This document shows positions 1 through 8,899 of a DNA stretch of 64,000 nucleotides, piece after piece. A program made the position numbers and the translations under genes. Location: contig OZ025710.1 in the NCBI GenBank assembly GCA_964019335.1, positions 1 through 64,000 of the forward strand. The letters are read 5' to 3'. The notes below the pieces were generated by a model. It saw only the letters and a program-made list of their open reading frames with translations. It did no database searches and was not told the origin of the DNA. Each line of letters begins with the position of its first letter. Position 1 is the stretch's first letter. The stretch is from Diplonema japonicum. Taxonomy: Eukaryota; Protista; Euglenozoa: Diplonemea.

Positions 1-779
1 TTTGCGGGTTTGCGGGTTTGCGGGTTTGCGGGTTTGCGGGTTTGCGGGTTTGCGGGTTTGCGGGTTTGCGGGTTTGCGGGTTTGCGGGTTTGCGGGTTTG
101 CGGGTTTGCGGGTTTGCGGGTTTGCGGGTTTGCGGGTTTGCGGGTTTGCGGGTTTGCGGGTTTGCGGGTTTGCGGGTTTGCGGGTTTGCGGGTTTGCGGG
201 TTTGCGGGTTTGCGGGTTTGCGGGTTTGCGGGTTTGCGGGTTTGCGGGTTTGCGGGTTTGCGGGTTTGCGGGTTTGCGGGTTTGCGGGTTTGCGGGTTTG
301 CGGGTTTGCGGGTTTGCGGGTTTGCGGGTTTGCGGGTTTGCGGGTTTGCGGGTTTGCGGGTTTGCGGGTTTGCGGGTTTGCGGGTTTGCGGGTTTGCGGG
401 TTTGCGGGTTTGCGGGTTTGCGGGTTTGCGGGTTTGCGGGTTTGCGGGTTTGCGGGTTTGCGGGTTTGCGGGTTTGCGGGTTTGCGGGTTTGCGGGTTTG
501 CGGGTTTGCGGGTTTGCGGGTTTGCGGGTTTGCGGGTTTGCGGGTTTGCGGGTTTGCGGGTTTGCGGGTTTGCGGGTTTGCGGGTTTGCGGGTTTGCGGG
601 TTTGCGGGTTTGCGGGTTTGCGGGTTTGCGGGGTTTGCGGGGTTTGCGGGGTTTGCGGGGTTTGCGGGGTTTGCGGGTTTGCGGGTTTGCGGGTTTGCGG
701 GTTTGCGGGTTTGCGGGTTTGCGGGTTTGCGGGTTTGCGGGTTTGCGGGTTTGCGGGTTTGCGGGTTTGCGGGTTTGCG
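1..779 (+). repeat. Tandem array (TTTGCGGG)n, telomere-like composition; runs off the left window edge
   Basis: 78 perfect 8-mers (1-624), 5 variant 9-mers TTTGCGGGG (625-669), 13 more 8-mers (670-773), then partial TTTGCG (774-779) joined abruptly to unique sequence. Confidence 0.97.
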
Positions 780-981
780 CTCTCCTCTCCTTCCCTTCCT
801 TGTACTAACCTAGAAACCTTTACCCTTCCTACACTTCTGTTTACTTTTATTTCCGTTACACTTTTACACTTCTTCTAAATCTTTATACTCCGTTGAACCT
901 TGATGTCGCGTTCTCACTTCCAATATTTGTATTTTCTTTTCAAACCGTTGCTGTGTGAACTTTATTGGCACGGTCGGACAC

Positions 982-1019
982 CAATAAAGTACAGAAACTG
1001 TAGCTTTAGAATCGTTGGT
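982..1019 (-). other. Spliced-leader exon copy 1 (38 nt, first A absent)
   Basis: Minus strand reads ACCAACGATTCTAAAGCTACAGTTTCTGTACTTTATTG. The 3' half matches the conserved euglenozoan SL core CAGTTTCTGTACT.TATTG. The whole sequence is nearly identical to the 39-nt Diplonema SL as I recall it (AACCAACGATTTAAAAGCTACAGTTTCTGTACTTTATTG). Confidence 0.9.
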
Positions 1020-1094
1020 GGAAAAAAAAAAAGAAAAAGAAAAAATAGAAATAGTAGAGGGTCCAGAAAAAATGGGGGGCAGAGAGGGAGGAGC

Positions 1095-1370
1095 ACTACC
1101 TTCTCTCGGGCGCGCTGTCTCTCCCTCTGCCTTTTTTTCCTCCGAAGAGGGTCTGTTTTTCACCTCCGTGGAGGGTCCCTCTGGAGAGGGCTCTATAAAA
1201 GAAAAAGGGGGGGACAAGGGGGGGAGGAGCACCACCCTCTCTCGGGAGTGCCACCTCTTCCCCTTTCTCTCTATTTTCCTCCGAAGAGGGTCTGTTTTCC
1301 TCCGAAGAGGGTTCTAAAAAAAAAAGGGGGGCGGGTGGGGCACTATCCTCTCTCGGGAGTGCCACCCCCC
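1095..1370. repeat. Cluster of short imperfect direct repeats in the AlkB 3' region
   Basis: TTTTCCTCCGAAGAGGGT occurs three times (~1135, ~1274, ~1295). CTCTCTCGGGAGTGCCACC occurs twice (~1238, ~1348), with a related copy at ~1100. Confidence 0.8.
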
Positions 1371-2375
1371 CTTGCCCACAAAAAAGGGGATCTAAAAAAG
1401 AAGGGGGTTCGTCTGTTAACCCAGGGGATGGGTCTTCCTGGGGTGTGCGGGTGAGCTTGGGGCCTACCGCACGCAGGGTGATCGACACCCTGACACCAGT
1501 GGACATCCCGGACGGGATGTGGTGCGTCCACTGGTGTCTCGCTTCACCCTCCAACAATGCCCATGAGAAGGGGGGCACCAGGTATCTCGCCACCCTATCC
1601 CCCCTCCTCATGACCATTGTGGTCTCGGCTCCGTACGAGAGGACTAGGACAATCGGTCCCAGCCTCGCGTCGTCCTTGTGGGCGGCAATCCCACAACCAG
1701 ACTTGTACTTGTTGACAAGTACTGGTTGGGGACCACCTTGAGCCCTGCGGCGGCGGCCACCTCCCTCACCCACCCCTCCGCCCCCCCTGGGATCCCCGTG
1801 GTGGGGCGCACCTTGGCGTTCGTCCCCTCCCACCGGTACCCGTATTGGAGGGTCTCCCTCCCTGAGTTCCCAGACAGGGCCTCCCACTTTCCTGAAAGCA
1901 GGGCTTTCGGGAAGGCAAGGGCCGGGCCCGTCCTCAACCCGGGAGGGTGTTCACCATACACCAGTACCCACCCCTTTTTTTCTCCCTCTTTTCTTCCCTC
2001 TTCAACAATAGCAGGGTCGGCTGCAGGGGTCGTGGTCGCGGCGGTCGTGGCTGCGGCAGGGGCGGCTGCGGCGGTCTCAGTTGCGGCGATCAGGGCGGCA
2101 AGGTCGGCTGCGGCGTTCAGGGCGGCTGGGGCGGCCGTGGCTGTAGCAGCGGCGGTCAAAACCGCGGTCTCTGCTAGTGATTTTTTTATTTTATTATTTT
2201 TTTTTTCTAAAGGGGGGTGGGGGGATCTAGGGGGTGGGGGTGGGGATTCATACTGCCCAACCAGATTGCCTGGTTGGGTGGGTCTCGGCGCCGTGTGCTG
2301 CGGGCTGCGGGCTTGCTCCTGCGGGCTGCGGCTGCGGCTGCGGTCACCTCCTCCTGCGAGTCGTCTTGGATCCAT
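1096..2375 (-). pseudogene. AlkB-family 2OG-Fe(II) dioxygenase with one frameshift near 1720; SL-headed probable retrocopy
   Basis: ORF 1644..2447 supplies RETLQYGYRW...PNQ. ORF 1096..1887 supplies VLVNKY..GCGIAAHKDD (NxY, HxD), EARHQWTHHIP (distal His) and RVSITLR (RxxxTxR). Restoring one G at CAG(G)TA gives PNQVLVNKY. The first ATG (2375) is 69 nt downstream of SL copy 2. The frameshift could be a sequencing error. Confidence 0.85.
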
Positions 2376-2444
2376 TTTTTTTTTTTTTTTGTTTATTGTG
2401 TGTGTTGGGGGGGAGGGGATCCTTTCGTTGAGCGGCGGGCAGGC

Positions 2445-2482
2445 CAATAAAGTACAGAAACTGTAGCTTTAGAATCGTTGGT
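2445..2482 (-). other. Spliced-leader exon copy 2 (38 nt, first A absent)
   Basis: Identical to 982-1019. It is followed by GCCTGCC (not a GT donor), a short UTR and the AlkB ATG. Confidence 0.9.
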
Positions 2483-2901
2483 AAGAACTTGCCAAGAACT
2501 TGAACTGGGGCCCGGTCATCCCCTTGAGCTCACCCCTGCATATGTTGGCTTCGACCACGGTGCCATCCGCCCCCGTACCCTTCAGATAGATGTAGCCACC
2601 CTCCACACAATCCGAGTCAGTACTGGCCGATCGGGCCCGGGCCCGTTTCTTGTCCTTCTTGCTCCACTTCAGCTCTTCCAGGGTGGGGAGGTCCGTGGCA
2701 ACCACCTCAGGCCGCCTCTCCCTGTCTTCCTCCTTCTTCCGGGCCAACAGCCCAAGGTACCTCTCAAAGGAGACGTCCTCGAACAACCCCGGGACCGTCA
2801 CCACCGCTGACTGCAGGTTTTATTAATTTTTGAACTTTTTTTTTAATTTTCCTGGTCCAAAGAACCCGTTTTACCTGCAAACGGGGGTTAAATGCTGCCA
2901 T
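2483..2901 (-). pseudogene. Gene of unknown function, 3'-truncated by SL copy 2; possible 64-nt intron (2811-2874)
   Basis: ATG at 2901 gives MAAFNPRLQ. The AT-rich stretch CAG|GTAAAA...CCTGCAG|TCA splices in phase 0 onto ORF 2469..2804 (SAVVTVPGLFED...FKFLASS). The last codons of that ORF (YQRF*) are supplied by the SL sequence. Confidence 0.5.
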
Positions 2902-3558
2902 TTCCCCCCTCAAATTATGAAAAGGAGCAAAAAAGGGACCCCTATGTAGATAGGCCCCGGAGTTTTTTTTTAATGAGATAATGAATGTTTTTTTTTTTTT
3001 TTTTATTAAAAATATTTTAATTAAAACTAAGGTACAAGGTATAAAATAATGGTATAGAAAATATAGCAAAGGAAAATGGAAAAGGAAAAGGAAAGGTATA
3101 GATAGGTGCTGCCCAAAAAAAGAGGGGGAGTCGCACAAAAAGCTCCCTTAACTCCGAAGAGTGGGTGTTTTTTTTTTAGTCCAAGATATAGATTTTGATT
3201 TTGATGTGGTTAGCGTATGAAGGTTGTTTTAGTGCCTGCCAACATCAAAAACAAAAAGATACTTTGAATTAAAAAAAAACCTCTTTTCATTTTTTTGTTG
3301 TTGCTTTCTTTTTTTCGTTTTGTTTACTTTTTTTTTTCTACTTCGTATTCAGCAACGGTCACAACGAAAGCGGATACACAGCACAGGGGGGAACCACGCA
3401 CACACCAGCTACCTTACCCCCTCCGACCATCAAGGCTTACCAAGGACAGGGCGAATGGGTAACAGGGCCCGCTCTAAATCTAGCCCCGACAAGGTTCACA
3501 CACACACACACACACCACAGCTTGGGTACCTCTCACATTAGTTTCAGCCGAAGCTTAC

Positions 3559-3720
3559 TTACAGGGGACGCCACGTGAAGGCTGTGAGTTGGATTTTGTC
3601 CCCCCTGGAGCCCGAAGAACACCCATCGGGGATGTGGTGGGTACATTCATAGCGGGCCTCACCCTCCAGAACGGCCCAGGTGAAGGGAGGCACCAGGTAC
3701 TTCGATACCCTGGACCCCTT
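3559..3720 (-). pseudogene. Second AlkB fragment (C-terminal part only)
   Basis: Translates to KGSRVSKYLVPPFTWAVLEGEARYECTHHIPDG, which aligns without gaps to RGDRVARYLVPPFSWALLEGEARHQWTHHIPSG of the first copy. The HxD half is missing. Confidence 0.85.
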
Positions 3721-3798
3721 TGACGCTATGCTACTACCTTGTGCTGTGATAAAGGAGTCGGAGCCAGCAACAAAGAGGCGGATGGTGCGTCACATTTT

Positions 3799-3924
3799 TT
3801 AGATTACACCCCCGGTCATTCCGTTGGCTGCAACTGCTTCCCCTCCCAGGACAGTCGATCGACTTGAAGTCAGCACCCCGTACACCCCCGCAGCGAGCAC
3901 GCTTAGGATTAGAGCTATCTTCAT
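3799..3924 (-). pseudogene. 41-codon ORF beginning with a signal-peptide-like stretch; probable remnant of a secreted-protein gene
   Basis: MKIALILSVLAAGVYGVLTSSRSTVLGGEAVAANGMTGGVI*. It is preceded by an A-rich leader like other ATGs in the window. Confidence 0.3.
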
Positions 3925-4923
3925 AGTGGTTCTTTTTTTTCTTTTTTTTTTTTTTTTTTTTTGGTACTATTTCCTGTGATGTTGTGTGAATAACGAGAGA
4001 AAGAAAACTCGGAAATAAATAAATGAGAATTTGAGGAAAAAAAGGATTGAAATTGAATGAAAAGGAGGGATATAAAAAAAAAGAGGAAGGAATAATTAGG
4101 GGATGGGACAATGCGAGATGCATGGGAGGAGGGGGAAGGAGGGGGCTCATCAACGGAAAATCTACGAAACAATAGATGTTACACGATGAACGGGAAGGTA
4201 AATAAGGGGGTCAATCTTCAACTTTCTTTTTCTATTATTCCGTTATTTTCTTTCTTTTTTTTTCCTCAAACTCCATTTCCCATTCTTTATTTCGCGCAAG
4301 CATTAAAAATCGCTGCAATCCATACAGCGATATATGTATTCTTCTTTTAATGCTCGGCACAAAGAGTGTAATGTGAAGGAAAAAAAAATTTAAAGAGAAA
4401 TACGGGGAAAAAATTAAAAAAAAAAGGTGACCCCCTCAACCTCCCCAGCGAGAAAAAAAAAAAGGGAAAGAAGAAGACAGAAATAGAACCCTTCTTCTTT
4501 TGATGGATAAAGAGGGAAACAGAAACAACAGGACAAAGAAAGATAAACCTAAAAGTGGATTGGTAGAATCCATGTTTTTTTTTTTTTTTTTTTTAAATGG
4601 TTTTCTTATTCTTCAAAACAATAAAAAAAAAAGGAATTCACTATGATAGGAAACGAAGTGGTTAGCAACGGCCAGAAAAAAGAAAGGAAGGAAAGCAAAC
4701 GTGGCTGATGACTACAAGAAGGACTCATGTTGCATGCACGCCACACATAAAAATAGATGAAAGTAAATAATTGAGAGGGCAAAAAAAGAATGTTTCGAGC
4801 CGTGCAAAAAAAAAAAAAAAAAAAAGAAAGAAAGAAAGATTTCGAATAGAATAAAGCAGAGGATTTTTGTTGTTGCTTTTTTTTTTTTTTTTTAGTTTCT
4901 TTTTTTCTCTTCATCATTGTCTT

Positions 4924-6810
4924 TTACTCCAGAGAGCCGCAAGGCTTGTACAAGGAGCGGACGGAGGTCGGAGCCTTCATCATTGTGATGAAAGAGTCGG
5001 GGATCTGGTTTTGGGCGGTGGAGTGCCTGCTGCACTCTTCCTTCGCAAGCTTTATGAACATATGGGTCTTGCTCTCCCCGTCCCTCTCCCTCGCCTCGTC
5101 GGCCTCGTCGAACATCAGTTCAATCTTCTTGTCTGAGAGGTAGTGCTCCTTGTATGCTGCGTGGTCCTTCTTCTTCTCTTCCTCCTTGTTGTTAGAGTGC
5201 TTCTTATTCAGAGTGGCCCCCTCCCTGGAGGCACCCCTCTCGTTCGCACAGGTGGAGGAACAGCCGTCCCCGTCAACTGTGTTCCCGTCGTCGCACTCCT
5301 CTGCACCCCCCATCTCAGCAGTGTCCACCGTTCCGTCCCCGCAACACGTCAGCTTCGGCGCCGCCCCGGGAAGAACGAGGTCCCAGTTCCCCATCTTCGG
5401 GTTCCCGATGAGGTCCGCAAGGTTGTCCGTGTGGTAGGTGTAGCTGGCCCCTTGCGGGAGGTCCGTGATGAGGTGCATGTCGCGGATGGTGACGGGGTCG
5501 CTGAAGTAGCTGGGGATCCTTCTCCCGTCCACGCTGAAGGGCAGCGTCCCCTCCAGGCTCATGTCCTCAGCGGACGACGCGGGGGCATAGACCGTGTCGT
5601 TGATCGCTGCCTTCGGGACCTTGTCGTAGCCGTGGTAGTCCTGCCACAGGGCCCACATCCTGTCCACGTTCGCGTGGTGCACGAAGAAGAGCGGGTCGTC
5701 GGGGCTCAGGTACGATCCCATCTCACCCCCGATAAAGATGTGCGGGGCCGCGTGAGGGTTCCCCTCCAAGGCAGGGCGGAAGTCCCTGAACTCCGCGTTC
5801 GAGGTGATGATCGCCGACATCTCCATCGCCCCCGCGAAACCGGAAGACCCGCCCCAGCTCCTTCCCAGGCACTCCCTGTCCGACGCCGTCCACCCCGCCG
5901 CCACCCCCTCCGTCACGCAGTCACGCCAGCCACTGATACCGGTCGGCGTTCCAAAGGTCTTCGCACGGAAGGGGGTGCTCAGGCGCTCCTCCGCGTCGTC
6001 CCTCTCCCAGTCCCAGTACGGGACCGTCACGCACTCGAACCCGGGAAGGGAGCGCAGGGCGTTCTCGTAGCCGATCAAGAACCAGCGGTGCCAGGGGAGG
6101 AAGGCCGACGTCCAGTGCGCGTACCCCCCGTTGTTCCTGTGCAGCTGCGAGAAGTCGTGGTAGTCGGAGGTCTTCTCCGAGTGGAGCGTTCGCACCGCTT
6201 CGATGTAGCGCTCCCTCTCCGCGCACGACAGCATCGACCACCCCTTCCTCACACGAGGTCCGCAGGCAGAACCAGGCTCGGGAGTAGGTTCGGGTGTTGG
6301 CTCGGGAGTGGGTTCGGGAGTCGGCTCAGGGGTGGGTTCGGGAGTGGGTTCAGGTGTCGGTTCAGGGGTAGGTTCAGGAGTAGGCTCAGGGGTCGGTTCA
6401 GGAGTAGGCTCAGGGGTAGGTGCGGGCGTCGGCTCGGGAGTTCGTCCAGGAGTCGTCGGTGCGGAGGTGGGCTCCGGAGTCGGTGCAGGTGTGGGGACAG
6501 GCGTAGGAACAGGCGTAGGAACAGGGGTAGGGACAGGCGTAGGAACAGGGGTAGGAGCAGGGGTGGACGCGGAAGGGGCATCGGTCTCCTCATACCCGCC
6601 GCCGCACGTGCAGCACGCTTCATCTGCAACCCACTCGTTCCTGTACGAGTTCCCCCACCAACACCTCCAAGACCAACTTCCGTACCATTCACAAGTGCGC
6701 GAAGAACTCCTGCTGTCGTGCCACACCCCATCAGAGAGGGTCTTGTCGACACAGGCACCATCTGCAGCAAGCAAGGTGCCCAAACAAATGGCGGCGAGTA
6801 AGATTTTCAT
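4924..6810 (-). CDS. Secreted multidomain tyrosinase (type-3 copper oxidase), 628 aa
   Basis: Signal peptide [18 protein letters not shown]; Cys module [16 protein letters not shown]; Pro/Thr/Glu stalk; CuA (QLH..YAH..FLPWHR) and PYWDW; CuB ([25 protein letters not shown]); Myxococcus-type Cys repeat [20 protein letters not shown]. Confidence 0.95.
   Translation of the reverse strand: MKILLAAICLGTLLAADGACVDKTLSDGVWHDSRSSSRTCEWYGSWSWRCWWGNSYRNEWVADEACCTCGGGYEETDAPSASTPAPTPVPTPVPTPVPTPVPTPVPTPAPTPEPTSAPTTPGRTPEPTPAPTPEPTPEPTPEPTPEPTPEPTPEPTPEPTPEPTPEPTPEPTPEPTPEPGSACGPRVRKGWSMLSCAERERYIEAVRTLHSEKTSDYHDFSQLHRNNGGYAHWTSAFLPWHRWFLIGYENALRSLPGFECVTVPYWDWERDDAEERLSTPFRAKTFGTPTGISGWRDCVTEGVAAGWTASDRECLGRSWGGSSGFAGAMEMSAIITSNAEFRDFRPALEGNPHAAPHIFIGGEMGSYLSPDDPLFFVHHANVDRMWALWQDYHGYDKVPKAAINDTVYAPASSAEDMSLEGTLPFSVDGRRIPSYFSDPVTIRDMHLITDLPQGASYTYHTDNLADLIGNPKMGNWDLVLPGAAPKLTCCGDGTVDTAEMGGAEECDDGNTVDGDGCSSTCANERGASREGATLNKKHSNNKEEEKKKDHAAYKEHYLSDKKIELMFDEADEARERDGESKTHMFIKLAKEECSRHSTAQNQIPDSFITMMKAPTSVRSLYKPCGSLE
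6270..6560 (-). repeat. 12-bp-period coding repeat (PTPE/PTPV stalk) in the tyrosinase
   Basis: Tandem PTPV/PTPE/PTPA tetrapeptides with synonymous variation. Confidence 0.9.
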
Positions 6811-6834
6811 TTTTTTGGGTTATTTCTATGTAAC

Positions 6835-6883
6835 CTGTGGTTTGAGTTCTGGATGCAACAAGCTTATAAAAAGAGAAAAGTAG
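6835..6883 (-). promoter_or_regulatory. Putative trans-splice acceptor for the tyrosinase
   Basis: Pyrimidine tract CTACTTTTCTCTTTTT followed by ...AACCACAG|G, 24 nt upstream of the ATG. Confidence 0.45.
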
Positions 6884-8418
6884 CAAGCCCAGCATCACAT
6901 TTAACTGACGACAGAGTGGGGGGAGGGAGGGAGAGGGAGGTTGTCATAAATAAAATACTCTTGCTTCCCAATACAATACTGATGTGTCCCATCTCAAATG
7001 ACTGTCGTGGTTCGAATGCCGAATGGAGGATTTCGTATCATCCGATGAAAATAGAAAGACCTCACCCCTGCCTGGTTGTCGACACAAGAAGGAAAGGTGC
7101 AAAAGGAAGAAGAAAAGCAGGTAAATAGCGAGATAACAGTGTAAATGTAAGAGAATGGAACCTAACGGCATCGCCCAATCATCGGGCTAATTATACATCG
7201 GGTTTTGCGGGTCCTGGTAATAAAAAAGAATATATGAGTTAAAGGAAGTCTTTGTGAGACGCCCCCTTGTTCTCATCTCCTAAAGAGGATCGAGGCAAAT
7301 AGGTAAATACAACCCATATGAACATTGCATGTCTAAAAGGATGCCCGTTGTGTCTAGTGGTGAGGCTACGGCGCACGCTTTCACGTCCTTCAAGGAGCAC
7401 TGCTTCCCAGCGGGTGGTTACGCACATCGACGGCTGCACCAGGGTGGGGACATGCCTCGGCCAGCCCGCAGGTTTGAAGCCAGCATTCAACAACTGCTTC
7501 GGACCCTTGGTCGAGGAGCTGCTCCGTCATCACACTGAACACAAAATCACCCGATCCGCACCAGGTCGGCAGAAATCCCCTGCCCACGCTGCCGATCCGT
7601 GTTGCTCCTCGGTAGCACTAACAACCACGGCGAACGACAGTATTCCTGCGAACATTCCCCTCCTTCCTCCTTTTTTTCCTCAAACTGTGATGTGCTTAAA
7701 TGGAGATGAAGTGGATAAAAATAAAATGAAAGTAGAAATTGGAAGTAGGGAAGGGAGGAATGAGGAAGACAGATGAAGTGAAAGTAGAAATGAGGGGAGG
7801 GGGGATGGGGATGAGGAAGACAGAAAGTGAACAAAAAAAAGAAAAACGAAAGAAAATGCAAAGAAAAAGAAGAGAAGAGGAAAAGAGAGAAACCACCAGC
7901 TGCTCCACAAAGCTCCAATGTGAACAAACACACAAAAGGAAAAGAGTCTGGAACACCCTTTCTGTTGCCTGTATGTATACTCTGTGATAACAGCAGGTTT
8001 TTTGGTTTTCAAATAGTACTCTATTGTATTGTGCCCTTATTGTTTTGTGTACTCCTCTTTTCTTCTTCTTTTTTTTTCGCTTTTTTTTTTTCTTCCTTTT
8101 TGGATCTTTTGTAAAATACCCACATTGAAAACGGGGGCACAAAAGCTGTGAAAATAAAGGTTGAAAAAAGAAATTGTAACTTTGGTTCAAAGTCCGGATA
8201 AGTAGGGGAAGGGGGGGGGGGGTCAACAACATATTTTTATTTTTTTTACCTTTTTTTTTACCTAGGAAATCATATCATGCCTCTCACCCAAAACACAAAG
8301 GCTTCAAGGTGTTTTTACGCTGTTAATAAGTCAGCGGAAAGCATCCAAAATCAATTGGATACATAAGTCAAGAGGTCGAATCATGGACAAAAACATCACA
8401 CTTTGTCTTCTAGTAGTT

Positions 8419-8468
<50 letters not shown>

Positions 8469-8899
8469 TTCATTGCTGTTTCTTCGAATGAGGAAGGTCA
8501 CAACCCAAAAAAGCTACTTCAGCTTTGTGATCAGGGGACCCTTTTTTCCCCAAGATTCGAAATCTGCAAAGTGTAAAATGCTGCTTCATAGTAGGGTTAA
8601 AAAAAAGGGGGGGGGGGGTTTAAATAAAAGGAGAGGAAGCTACAGGAGAAGAAAAGAAAAAAAATAGTTGAAAAAAATGAGAAGAAAGGGGAGAAAAAGG
8701 CACCTACGTGGTAGGAGCCGAGGGAGGGATGGAAAGTACAAGAAGTTACATAAAGTAACAGCAATAAAGTATTTTTTGTTTTTTTTTTCCCCTTGTTTTT
8801 CTTCTCATGTTTTCTCCTATTTCTATTCCTCCTTGACGTTTTTTGTTGTTTGTGTTCTCTTATTTTTTTCTTTTTTTTTTTATAAATCTTGCCTCACGC

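Noticed and set aside
2-878. Three overlapping + strand ORFs (RVCGFAGL)n
   Set aside because: Artefact of a stop-free 8-bp repeat.
880-1019. Functional SL RNA gene (the exon is followed by GT)
   Set aside because: The first SL base is missing, the donor context GTGTCC differs from the GTATG used here, no downstream T-tract terminator or tandem array is present, and the upstream sequence is the AlkB 3' region. Not fully excluded.
1095-1370. CRISPR-like repeat-spacer pattern
   Set aside because: Irregular spacing, nested low-complexity repeats, eukaryotic context and no cas genes.
981-2482. The 39-bp direct repeat as TSD of an SL-targeting retrotransposon (SLACS/CRE type)
   Set aside because: The enclosed 1.4 kb has no RT or poly(A) tail, and the outer flanks are not an SL RNA gene. 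A non-autonomous derivative remains possible.
7200-7212. Single GGGTTTTGCGGG resembling the array unit
   Set aside because: One imperfect unit is expected by chance.
7239-7776. GC-richer intergenic patch with short ORFs, faintly like a DDE transposase
   Set aside because: No convincing catalytic motifs or terminal repeats by eye.
8421-8465. T45 run as a retroposed poly(A) tail of the giant gene
   Set aside because: Long A/T runs occur on both strands throughout the spacers; no TSD, and no SL at the gene's 5' end.
8762-8771. CAATAAAGTA, a 10-nt match to the SL complement
   Set aside because: Too short and AT-rich; the match does not extend.
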